Positions 40,745 through 52,904 of a stretch of DNA of 64,000 nt are shown in pieces. A model generated the notes under the pieces. That model was not told where the DNA came from. It did no database searches and worked only from the letters and a program-made list of their open reading frames with translations. A program made the position numbers and the translations under genes. The stretch is from Octopus sinensis (lineage: Eukaryota). Position 1 is the stretch's first letter. Every line of letters begins with the position of its first letter. Where the stretch lies: NCBI RefSeq assembly GCF_006345805.1, contig NC_043014.1, positions 186,001 to 250,000 of the forward strand, written 5' to 3'.

Positions 40745-41400
40745 AAGAAATAAACATGAAATTCTACTTATAAAAATGTGCCAAACCAACCTTGAAAAGA
40801 GGGAAACTAGACCAAAGCCAGACATACAAATCAGTGAACAAGATACAGTACAACACACACAAGTGAAAGAGAAGATAAGGAAGAAATACCATAGACAAGT
40901 TAGATTAATACTTAAAAGAGAGCTCAATGCAAAAAACAAGATGATAGGTATCAACACTCTAGCCATCCCAGTTATAAGTTACAGCTTCAGTATCCTTAAT
41001 TGGTCTCTAAATGGACTAACTAAATTAGACAGGAAGATAAGAAAAGTAATGAGAGAATTTAGGATGCAGCACCCAAGTTTGACATAGATGGAGGGTAACT
41101 CGAATGTGGAACCTAAAACAGAAACAATTCCTATAATAGTAGGTGCATTAAGTATGATTAAAAGACATTCAGACAAATACATAACCAAAACACCAGGACT
41201 TATGAATGTATATGACATAAAGAAAATAGCAGCACTAGGTACTGCACACATCCTACGCAGAACACTTTCAATACAGGAAAAATAACAACAAAACAAACCA
41301 CAAATACCCAAGGCACACAGAGCTGTGCTCGGTGGTGAGTGTGAAAGCACGTGATAAAAATAAGACTACTGAAGAAGAAGAGGAAGAAGAGGAAGAAGAA
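40745..41400 (+). mobile_element. Internally deleted R4/Dong element
   Basis: ELNAKNKMIGINTLAIPVISYSF...LDRKIRK jumps to the RLE tail IPIIVGALSMI...LGTAHILRRTL; preceded by (AAT)n. Confidence 0.85.
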
Positions 41401-42082
41401 GAAGAAGAATTGCTTCAAAAGCATCCAGTACACTTTGTAAATGGGTTGGCTTTAGGAAGGGCATCTGGCCATAGAAACTATGCCAAAGCAGACATTTTGA
41501 TCCTGGTGCAACCCTCCAGCTTGCAGGTTCCTGTCAAACTGTCCAACCTGTGACAGTATGGACAACAGACATTAAAAAGATGATGATGATGATGATGATG
41601 GTGATGAATATTCAACTGGAGTTACTCCTTCCACTGCCCTCATTTTGCTCCATCCTCTTGGCCCTTATATTCTTAACAAGCTTGCTTGCCACCACATCAC
41701 TACATTTCACTAAGAGCACCACTACTACTGCCACTGCTACTCCCACTTTTCCCTCCCTCTTACCTTTTAGATTCCTGAGAAACTAATTAGCTTTTAGAAG
41801 GCACCAACAAACCAATCAATCAACCAGCCATGCAACCACTAACAAAAGGGGTTTCCCTCCCCCCTCAGCTTCTCATCCCTGTTAATAATAGATTCTTATA
41901 TGTGTACCACTCCTTTAGCCAAGAGTTCTTCATTTATCTTTGGAATGTTGTGCAGTTTTCAACAAAGTCTAATACTGTTGGTAGTGTCTTCATATAATCC
42001 TATTAAGTGGTACCTTGAGCAGGTGTTTCCACTACAGCCCCAACCTGACCAAAACCTTATGAGGAAATTTACCTAACTGAAA

Positions 42083-42133
<51 letters not shown>

Positions 42134-42479
42134 TGTGGTTTCCTTGTCTTTTTTATATGCTAATTGTAAACAAATATCATTATTCAAGCCTTGTGAGTGG
42201 ATTTGGTAGACGGAAACTGAATGAAGCCCATCGTATATATGTATACATATATGTGTGTGTGTGTGTGTGTCTGTGTTTGTCCCCCAACATCGCTTGACAA
42301 CCAATGGTGGTGTGTTTACATCCCCGTAACTTAGCAGTTCGGCAAAAGAGACTGATAGAATAAGTACTAGGCTTACAAAGAATAAGTCCTGGGGTCGATT
42401 TGCTCGACTAAAGGTGGTGCTCCATCATGGCCACAGTCAAATGACTGAAACAAGTAAAAGAGTTAAAGAGTAAAAGAGT

Positions 42480-44060
42480 AATATTTCCTGGACATTTTGT
42501 CAAGCAGAGGTTCACACTTTCTATTCCCAAGTCATGTGGGATATTGGTGTATGGACTACTTATATCTAAGCTAGGGAGAATTGTCTCTTGATGTACACTT
42601 TGAGGAATGTAATTTAGAAATCCCATATTTCCTCAGATGAAGCTTGGTACCATGTTGCATAAAGGTTTCAGTATCCTCTCCTTTCGGTCATTTAAGCAGT
42701 GTGCTTTTTTATGTTTGTCCAGCTATGATTGAGTGTAGTTTCCAGTCTGTAGGTTTTGCAATTTTGACATTTGTTTTATGTTTTCCTGTTATGTTGTCTG
42801 ATTTATGAACTTTAGGTGATCCATTGAATTTATTGGTCTTTACTTCAAAGTTGGTTAAATAATTGACATCATTCTATCTGAGACTATTTTGGTGCCTTGA
42901 GATGAATCCACATGCTTTGTTCATGGCTTTTTTATCTTTGTTTTTATTTAGCTTCCTGTCGAAGGGTTTATTATTAAGTTGTTCCAGAACCTTGTCTCTC
43001 GAATGGGTTTTGTCCCAAATTATGATTTCTCCATCTTTGTTGGTTTCCTTGATTATTGATGATTTGTTTTGTAAATTGTTTTTTTAATTAAATCAACACA
43101 TTTCCTCTTTGTAATGTTGGACTCCACTGACTGTCACAAGGTTATTTATTCTTCCAAATGTTTGTCTCTGATTAAAGGTGGTTCAAATCCTTTCTTGTTC
43201 TTTACTCGTCATTCATCCGTTTGTTCAGCATTTTGAAAGAATTCTCTTAATCATGACTTTTGGCAAAAATCTTTTGTGTCTTTTACACTCACTTTGGTTC
43301 AATTTTGGAGTGGAAGTAAATTTTAGCCCATTCCCCAACAGTTTAATTTCTTCTTGAGATATTATTTTGTTGGATAAATTTATTATTCAAGGTTTACTTG
43401 TACATGTTTCCAAATGTCTTTTGAGGAATGGTATTATCTTTTTGTCCTTTTTCTGATGAAAGATCTCTTTTAAAAAAGGATTTTGATTTGACTTCGGAGT
43501 GTTTATGTTGAGATTTCACATTCTTCTGTATGTTCATACTTCAGGCTGGTTATCTCTGGCTAAGGAAACTTTTGATCCTTCATTTATGGGTTCGTTTCTC
43601 ACTCTGTTATTGTTCTGTGTAGTTTTGTTGGACTTGTCACTTGTCTCACTTCCTATTACATCTGTGGAGAGTCAAAAGTTTTTGTTTCTTTGGGGACTGA
43701 TCGATAGATCTTTGTCTGTTATGTGAAAATCCTTCATTTCTTTTAGTGTTTGAACTCTTTTCAGATCTGGAGGTTATCATCAAAAGCCAGTGTTTAGCTT
43801 TTATCTGTCCGTTCTCATTGGTCTTTTCATATTTCTGTAGCCATAGTGTTTTTGACTCTAAAATCTTCTTAGATGTTTTTTCCCTCTCTGCTAGGATCAG
43901 TTTTCCAAGTGCCATCCATACTACCACTGGTTCATTTGTTGATGTATTCATGTATAAAGAATCACATTTTTTCATCTAATTTTTTTTTTTTTTTTTTGTC
44001 TCCTTTTCTAAGTTGACTGAATTTTGGTTTCAGAAGTTGAAATTTTCTCTATAAATCCAT
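42480..44060 (-). mobile_element. Penelope-like element (N-terminal region to RT)
   Basis: LLGNGLKFTSTP near 43320; LPSLDISSPYTNIPHDLGIE (RT motif); ATG at 44060. Confidence 0.8.
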
Positions 44061-44215
44061 GTTTCTGATATATATATATATATATATAATATTAATTAGA
44101 GACAAAACCACTATTATGCAAATCAAACAAAGAAAGACTTAATCCAATACAAGACCTTCTTTGCAAGTTTTAAACTGAAGACTTCAGTTTAAAACTTGCA
44201 AAGAAGGTCTTGAAA

Positions 44216-44261
44216 CCACCTGATGAATGTCAATAGAAGTGACAAGAAACGATCGTAGTGG
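44216..44261 (+). ncRNA. Minimal type I hammerhead ribozyme in a Penelope pLTR
   Basis: ccac-CTGATGA-a-tgtca(atagaag)tgaca-a-GAAA-cgatcg-TA-gtgg: all conserved core bases present, three helices, palindromic stem III. The base of stem II is an A.A mismatch. Confidence 0.8.
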
Positions 44262-44587
44262 ATATCTTAATTATATTTAATTTATAAAATTTTTTTATGT
44301 ATTGGATTAAGTCTTTCTGTGTGTGTGTGTGGGTGTGGGTGTGTACATACGAACTGTTTAGGACAATCAGTAAGTTGTCATAATAGTACTCAGAGTTTCA
44401 AATGCTGGAGCTAAGAGCTACGATGCATTCTCATTGGCTATTAATGGCAACAGACACCATAAAATAACCGTTGAATAAAAGGGAAGTTACTCTAATAGTT
44501 AGGAAAAAATATAAAAGATAAAAAATACACGCAACCATATTCTCACAACACATAGACATGGAAACCTCCTGCGTTGATAACATCTAC

Positions 44588-44665
44588 ATATGTACACACT
44601 CACACAAACATGTATATGTACACACTCACACAAACATGTATATGTACACACTCACACAAACATGT
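44588..44665. repeat. Minisatellite, 26-bp unit x3
   Basis: atatgtacacactcacacaaacatgt repeated three times exactly. Confidence 0.95.
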
Positions 44666-46649
44666 AGGTACATATACAGACTCATACACATATCCACACA
44701 CACATCATCATCATCATCGTTTAGTGTCCGCTTTCCATGCTGGTATGGGTTGGACGGTGCAACTGGGGCACATATGAACATAAGCAACCACACTTCTAGG
44801 GGTTTTTTTTTCTCCTCCTCACTTTACAAAGCTTTCACCAATTCTGAATTATGATAAAAAACACATTTGCCAAACTTGTCATACAATGGGATTGAACCTA
44901 AGACAATGGAGTTAGTGAAGTTGCTAACCACTCACTCATACTTAACACAAAAAATAAGTTTTAAGTGAGTTTGACATAATTGTGTGTTTTGAGAGCAGCA
45001 CACAACCATGCCTTGGCTTAGGATTCCAAGTGTTAAAATTTACAGCATAAAAAAATGGTATTTTTATTGGATTCTGGAGAAGGTATAATTAGTAAGAAAT
45101 GCTAATTACCTCATGAACTAAATTAGTCTCATATTGAAACATTCAATTAAACATTATTCTTTAAACATTGACTTACAGTTAAACATTAACCGAATCAATG
45201 CCCTTTAGTCAAACCATCAAGGATCATCCACTCATTATTGCACTTTCCTCTCAGCCCTTAATTCTATTTCTTTTGTTTTAATATTTTTTTTAATCTGGAT
45301 TTAACTCCAGATTTTAAGTCTATTTCAGAAAGTAACTTTTGACGTCAAGGTAGAAATTCTCTGTACAAACAGATATCTATAACATCTCAAACACACACTC
45401 ACACACCTCCACAATGATAGGCAAGTCCCTCAATACTACGTCCAAACATTTTCCAACTAAGGAAGAAAAACTTGCTCAGATTTCACTTCAATTCATCAGA
45501 AAATTCGTAAATACAATCACCCGTTCGGTACTGATATCCAACACTTCTTTGGTAAAATAGTAATAGAATTTTGTGATTGTTGTTGTGGAATATTAGCACT
45601 GTTGGTGTTTACTTTAACAATGGGAGACAATAGATATGTGAAAGGTATGTGGTGAGAGAGAGAGAGAGAGAGTGTGTGTCTGTCTGTGTCTGTGTCTGTG
45701 TGTGTGTGTGTGTGTGTGTTTGAGACACAGCTCCAGTTTAAAATAATTTCGACTCCACAGCCATGTAGTTATTTCAAAACAAAATCTTATCAGATCAAAT
45801 CTTGTCAAGTATGATCTGAAGCAATTCTATCAGCCAGGCCAGCCACGGCCATCAAAACAATAAGACTCAGACTGAATTCATAGATTTTGCATTACATGGG
45901 TTTCAATGTTGCTTTCTGCAATCTCTTATTTATTTAATGGCTTGGTTTACAGAAAAGAAGATTGTCCTCTGATGTTCTTCACAAGACCCTAAGACCAGAA
46001 CATAAAGGCAATTGTCCCCACCTAAAAGTTAGAGGTTGCAAATGAAATGCAGGGAACTGCTTGTCCTCGTGTTTCCAGTGTTTGGATGCCTTTCCAGTCA
46101 CAATTTTCATGATGACAACAACAACAACAGCAGCAACAGCAACAACATTCACAATGCCCACTGCCACCACCACCATTACATCTATAAGGGTCACCATTAT
46201 TAACACCATCATTTTCTCCATCACTCAATCTCCACTTCTTTCACCCGTTCACCTCATCTTCCTTTCACCTCTGTCCTCTTGTATTTAAACATTTAACTCC
46301 ACTCTATTGCTTTGTACACACTCCCTCCATACATTGCTGAAAATTTCTGTTATGTTAAAAATTATAAAAGCATTGAGTCTTCCAAATTGCATTCAATGTT
46401 AATTAATATCTAATGTAATTATGCTTAATTAGTCAGTTAATAGACTGAGATCACCTTGATAGCTCCAATAGTTGCTGCCCTCAACATTAGTCACAGAAAC
46501 ATTGCTTGTAGCCCTTCATTGGACAATTCCTTAACAACAGCTTTTCTTGTCTTTTACTGTTTTCTCAAACTATTCCATCATTAATACATTCAATTATTGT
46601 AAACAGAAATATATTAATGTCACTTTATTTTCTATGTCAACAGGTTTGT

Positions 46650-47720
46650 TTGTAGATAAGCCATTTCCACTGGATTGTTAACAGTGTTAGCCTTGCAATC
46701 ATTGGTTCAGTTCTTTACATTCTGGGTTCAAGTTCTGCTGAGCTTTGTTTTACCTTCCAGGGTTAATAATACAAACTTTCAACTCTACCCCAATCAATCT
46801 GTGGTGGATGAGCAGAATCATTAGACTGCTTGGAAAAATATCTATAATATTTGTTTTCACTTTTTATGTTCTGAGTTCAAATCACACCAAGATCTGTTTT
46901 GCTTTCTTTGTTCCTCCAGGGCCAACAATTACTGACTTTGTGCTGAGGTAAAAAAAAAAAAAAAAATTGTCATTATTATTATTATTATTATTATTTTATT
47001 ATTATTATTATTATTATTTAAAGGTGATGAGCTGGCAGAATTGTTAGCGCACCAGTCAAACTGCTTAATGGTATTTCATCTATCTTCACATTCTGAGTTC
47101 AAATTCTATCAGGGGTCAACTTTGCTTTTCATTCTTTCAGGGTCGATAAGATAAGTACCAGTTGAGTACTGGAGTAATCGACTTGCTAGCCTTGTGCCAA
47201 AACTCGAAATCATCATTATTATTATTATCATCATCATCATCACCATCATTATCATCACTTAGGCAAGCTAGCAGAACCATTAGAATGCTAGGCAAAATGC
47301 TTAGCAGCATTTCAGGCATATTTCTGTTCTGAGTTCAAATTCTGCTGAGGCTGACTTTACCTTTCCTCCTTTTGGGGGTCAATGAAATCAGATGAACACT
47401 GTGGTCGCTATAACTGGTTTACCCACTTCTCCAAAAAATGCTGGCCTTGTGCCAAAATTTGAAACCATCATCATCATCATCATCATCATCACCATTAAAG
47501 TGGCAAGGTGGTAGAATCCTTGGCATGTTTGGCAAAATGCTTAGTGGCGGCGTTTCCTCCAGCTCTGTACATTCTCAGCTTCGATCTCGCCCAGGTTTCC
47601 TTTGCCTTTCACCCATTTGGAATCAATAAAATAAGATCCGGTTGAGCACCAGAGTCAATGGAAGCAACTAATTCTTCCCTTCCTAAAAACAATTTGCTGG
47701 ATTTGTTATTATCATTATTT
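46650..47720 (+). mobile_element. Head-to-tail array of about five family-C SINEs
   Basis: Repeated ...ttctgagttcaa... B-box units separated by (ATT/ATC)n. Confidence 0.75.
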
Positions 47721-48032
47721 TCTCTATAATTTTAATTAATAATTTCAATTTATCACAGTTGACAATCCGAAAGAAAGTCAATTTCCTCAGAGTGTCTTCT
47801 GCATGAAAAATATGTAGCTAAATGCTCATGAAACACACTGAGTAAAGGGAGCCAAAACAAATTCTTAATCAATGACAATTAACACTCACAATGAGAACAA
47901 AAGTTATTTGGGTTAATGGCAATTGTTATCAAGAGGGGCAAGGGAGAGAACTTTGACATAGACTGAGAGGGAGAGAAAGTGTCTGACATTTGGTAAGTTA
48001 AATAACTCAGGACATGTTTCAGTCTTATTTAA

Positions 48033-48812
48033 TCTCCTCAGTAAAACCTAACTACCAAACCACAGAATGACTTGTATGTGTTTGTAGTTTTGGTGTGAAA
48101 ATAACTGATTAGGGAATCTAAAATGACATTGATTAGAAAATTTCCTATGGGGCCTCTAAATGGAATACATAGATTTAATATTAATTATGATGATGATTGG
48201 CACCAAATAATTTCTGATTCTACATTCCAGCCATGGCCACCTTGTCTTATCTACAAGTATAAATGTTCAGTGTGTCTAAGATGGTAAGGTGTGACTTGAA
48301 GTAGATTTGGCTGTTATTTCTAGTTTGTCAAGCAAGCACATGCAGGCCCCTTCATTGGCTCTATTAATATTACAAAGCTAGCTAGGCAAATTAATCCCAA
48401 TATTTTACTGTTACTTTATTTTAATGACCCCAGAAGAATAAGAACAAAGTCTACCTCAGTGGAATTAGAGCTTGCAACCTCAAGACAACTATACACAGTA
48501 GTTTGTCCTTTACCAATAGTCCTGATCTAGATAAATAGATAACTTTCAAGTCACACCTTACCATCTTAGACACACTGAACATTTATAGTTGTAGACAAGA
48601 CAAGGTGGCCATGGCTGGAATGTAAGATTAGAAATTATTCGATGCCAATCATCATCATAATTAATATTAAATCTATGTATTCCATTTAGAGGTCCCATAG
48701 GAAATTTTCTAATCAATGTCATTTTAGATTCCCTAATCAGTTATTTTCACACCAAAACTACAAACACATACAAGTCATTTTGTGGTTTGGTAGTTAGGTT
48801 TTACTGAGGAGA
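48033..48812. repeat. Inverted duplication, ~270-bp arms with a ~240-bp spacer
   Basis: 48033-48302 is the reverse complement of 48543-48812 with few differences. Confidence 0.95.
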
Positions 48813-49469
48813 AAATAGCTGTTGGGTTATCTATGCAGAGTTAACTCCTTGTTTTAATGTTAATTCAATAATTACAATCTGTTTTAACATTAAGTATATC
48901 ACTGTGAGGTCAGCTGCTTTAATCTATTCTCAGAAACCAATTAAACAGCTTCTAAAGTGTTCCTTGGAGAATATGTGGCTGTAATTCTCTGATAGTTGAA
49001 ACAAATCAGTGGAAGAGAAACATTGGGAGCCAATGATGGACTCTTGACTTGCTGGAAACAGCAATGAAATCTCACTCTGGTCTAGGGCCACACAGTAAGG
49101 TGTTCAATACAGGAGGTATACTGGATATAGGCAGGCATCTATGTGGTACTTGACCATCAAGAAAGAGTCAAATCTCCTCAAATCAAACTTGCAGTGGGGA
49201 AATTTAAAAGACATACTGAATAATGTAGTTGTAGATGTGCTATGCTCAAATATAGGGAGCACAGCAGGAGAAAGTTTAAAATTGTTCCTTGCAAATAATG
49301 GTTATTTTGACTGATATATATTTGTACATAAATGGATTATGAAAGCAGCAGAGATTTCTGTGAAAATGGTTTGATGCAAATTAAACCACATATCAACTGA
49401 GAGTATTGTACTAGAAAACAAGAATTTTGAATTCATAGTATTTGGGTTAGTATTCTGTGCCCACAATAG

Positions 49470-49515
<46 letters not shown>

Positions 49516-49789
49516 TCATCATTATCATCATCATCATTTAATTTCTGCTTTCCATACTGGCATGGATTGGACAGCTTAACAGGAACTGGTAGACTAGGGG
49601 CCACATCAGGTTCCATAGTCTGATTTTGGCTTGGTTTCTATAGTTGGATGCCCTTCCTAATGCCAACCACTCCACAGAGTGTATCAGGTTCTTTTTTGTG
49701 GCACCATCACCAAATTTTTTTAAGTGGCACCAGCACCAGTGCTTTTTACATGGTACCTTGCTTTTAGGATCTCAATTCTGTTGTGGTGG

Positions 49790-51040
49790 GCAGGTCTTCT
49801 CAAATACAGCAATGCACCACATTTCTCGGTCCTCTGTCATTTCCTTCATAAGGTTTAGCATTTTGAGATTGGCCTTCAAAACTTGTCTTCCTGGGTCTCC
49901 CTCTTCCATCGGCACTTCTTTATCCAGCTGTCCTCATCCATCTGCATCACATGACCAAACCAGTGCAGTCTCCTCTCTTGCACACTGCATATAATTCCTC
50001 TTATACCTAACTTCTTCTTCAATACACTCATGCTCTTTTGCACATGCATACAGACATGTCACATCCAGTAAAAGATACTAGCTTCGTTCCACTCCAGCCT
50101 TCACATGTCCTCCACATTCAGGGCCCACGCAGCATTGCAGGTTCACTCAGAGAGAGAGAGAGACTTTTGGTTGCCAACAGAGGTAAAAGCTCTCTGAACT
50201 CTCTCCATACTATTCTTGAGATTACACTTTCTGTATAATCTCCTCTACTGCTAAATAGGGCACCCAGGTAGCAGAAATTATCTACAACTTCCAGAGAGCC
50301 ACTGGGACATTTAAGGAGATCAATCTCCTGTGTATTTATGGCCATTATGGCTTCCGTACATCTTCCACATACAAATACTACTTTCTCTGTTAATCTTCTA
50401 ACTAATCTACTGCACCTCTTGTGTGTCCATAGCTTGCACTGGGTACACTGAATGGAGTTTCTGTCTACACCCTTACTACAGGGCCATTTCCCTGATGGGT
50501 GAAGGGCCCTGTCCAATTCTTTGCTTACTCGTACCTTAGTCTTTGCTAAGTTTATTTTAAGACTTAGATTCCAGGTTCTGGTTCCACACCTGAAATTTCT
50601 TTTATAATTCTGTTACAGACTCTGCTGAGGGCAAGATCACCAGCCTATAGTAGTTCCCATGGGCTTCCAGTCTTAGATTCCTCTGATATGGTTTTGAGGA
50701 TGATGATGAATAGGAGGGGGTTGAGGACCAACTCTTGGTGGACACCTACCTGTACACTAAATTCATCACTGTACCCATGGCCAACTCTTTCTTTGCTAAC
50801 AGCATCCCTGTATATGGCCTGTACTGCTTTCACAAGCCATTCATCTCTCCCTGGCTACCTCAGGCACCACCATATCACAGAATGGGGTACTATGCCAAAG
50901 GCTTTCTCTAGATCAACAAATGCCAAGTACAACAACTCGTTCTTAGCTAAATACTTCTTTTGCAGTTGCTTGTCTATGAAAATAGCATTCTTGGTACCTC
51001 TCCGCTAACAATGCTGATCTGCATTTCATCTAGTCTTATT
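49790..51040 (-). mobile_element. RTE-clade LINE fragment
   Basis: LYLAFVDLEKAF, QVGVHQELVLNPLLFIII and GSPWELL, followed by a Cys-rich insert and VVDNFCYLG. Confidence 0.85.
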
Positions 51041-51127
51041 CTGTTCCTAATTAATTGAGCTATAACTCCCTCTGTAATATTCATCACATGGTCCAGTAAT
51101 TTAATGCCTCTATAATTACAAGTCTCT

Positions 51128-51537
51128 CAACTTAACATGAATATCTTGTTGGAACACTAAATACTGCATTAATAGCCTTGAGAGAACCTCTCATATAGGC
51201 ACTTGGTGCATAAAAGCAGACACAAGAATCACCTGTTATGGGTGCCATAATTCACATGATTTTAGTCAACTGGACACCATCAATAGGAGACATTTGGTCA
51301 CCACATACCAAAACAAATTTCTCTGCTACAATATATAGAATATCTACTCAGACACTGATGTCACAGATCACCAGCAGGCTTATTTGTGACAGAAGCACTA
51401 TAATAGTGCTTCTGTCACAAATAAGCCTGCTGGTGATCTGTGACATCAGGTAATCTTTATGTCCAAATGCACCAAGCAACTATATGAGAGGTTCTCTCAA
51501 GGCTAAGGTGTTCTAACAAAACATCCATGTTAAGTTG
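51128..51537. repeat. Inverted-repeat element (~85-bp arms) containing a perfect 47-bp hairpin; related sequence at 61190-61600
   Basis: caacttaacatg...gccttgagagaacctctcatatag and its reverse complement; hairpin at 51355-51449. Confidence 0.85.
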
Positions 51538-52904
51538 AATATAAAGATTGCCTTTTGGTACTGATGTTGCTTCCATCGCTAATAAATAATATTTGTATGT
51601 ATGTATGTTTGTATGTATTGGTCAGTAGTTCACAAGTCCGAAAAGAAGAACACGTTAAAACTTTAGAGCAGTAACAACCTTTTAAGTGTGTATGTGTGTG
51701 TATATATATACATATATACATGTGTGTGTGTGTGTTTGTGTGTATACACACACATACAAGAAGAGAAAAGGGATTAAAAAATCCAGGCAGATATAAATAA
51801 AGCACTCAGTTTTAAACAAATTTGTTTAACTATATCCAACAATCAGAAACCAGTAATTGTAAGATGAATACACATCCAAGGTAACCCCCTCATCTATGAC
51901 AAATAGATCCAAATAGCCTTTAGAAGAAATTCAGAGAATTAGACAATAAAAATAGGATAGAGAAAATCACATCTTTAATTGATGAATTCACCATACAATG
52001 GTGACAATCGCTCCTGTTGTACAAGGCAATCTGAAATGAGTTAAATTCAAAGTGAACTTAGAAAATATCTCCAGTATACAAATGCATCCAAAAAGAACAT
52101 TGTTCACTGTTCTGTAACTACAGCTGTTGTGGCAAGTTTTACAGCCATGAGTTTGATTTTCTTTTCCATAGAAAAAGGTTTCAAACAATCTTAGTTTGAG
52201 GTATTTTCAAACAGCAATTTTGTTGATTGGTTCATTTCTTCTACGAAAGAAAATAAGACATTCACAAAAGGTATGGATTTCTCATTTACTTTGCATTTAA
52301 TCACATGTGGTGTTTTGTTATCTTTCAAATTCCATACATAGCTAGCCAACTTAGTAGCTTTACTTTTGCCCTTATGTCGGAAGGGGGCTATGTGATTGCC
52401 AGAGCAATTTTTAAATTCACCTTCATATAATATAAGTCTTCTTTTCTGTTGTATTATTATTTAGGATTGCAGTAACTTCTGCCTCACATATGATAGATTA
52501 AATCATATATCGTTGGTCAAGTAGACAGGATCTTGGGTTGCAACTGGATTTAGGCTCTTAAAGATATGTATTATGCCCTTTAAATAAACAATGTATGTGT
52601 GTGTGTGTGTGTGTGTGTGAGTGGTCGGCATTAGGAAGGGCATCCAGCTGTAGAAACTCTGCCAGATTAGATTGGAGCCTGGTGCAGCCATCTGTCAAAC
52701 CGTCCAACCCATGCCAGCATGGAAAGCAGACGTTAAACAATGATGATGATGATGGTATAAACCATTGGCCCTTGAGTCATTCTGTAACTTCTGCTAATGA
52801 TGATTAAACAGCCTCTCTCTATATATACTCATGTTTTAAGATCCGTTTTCTTGTTGCAACAGGAAAATAGAACTGTTTGTATATGTCCGCATACATGCAT
52901 ATAT

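Noticed and set aside
44588-44665. CRISPR-like array
   Set aside because: The repeats are contiguous with no spacers, in a eukaryotic context; the ~60-bp units at 28300 also lack unique spacers.
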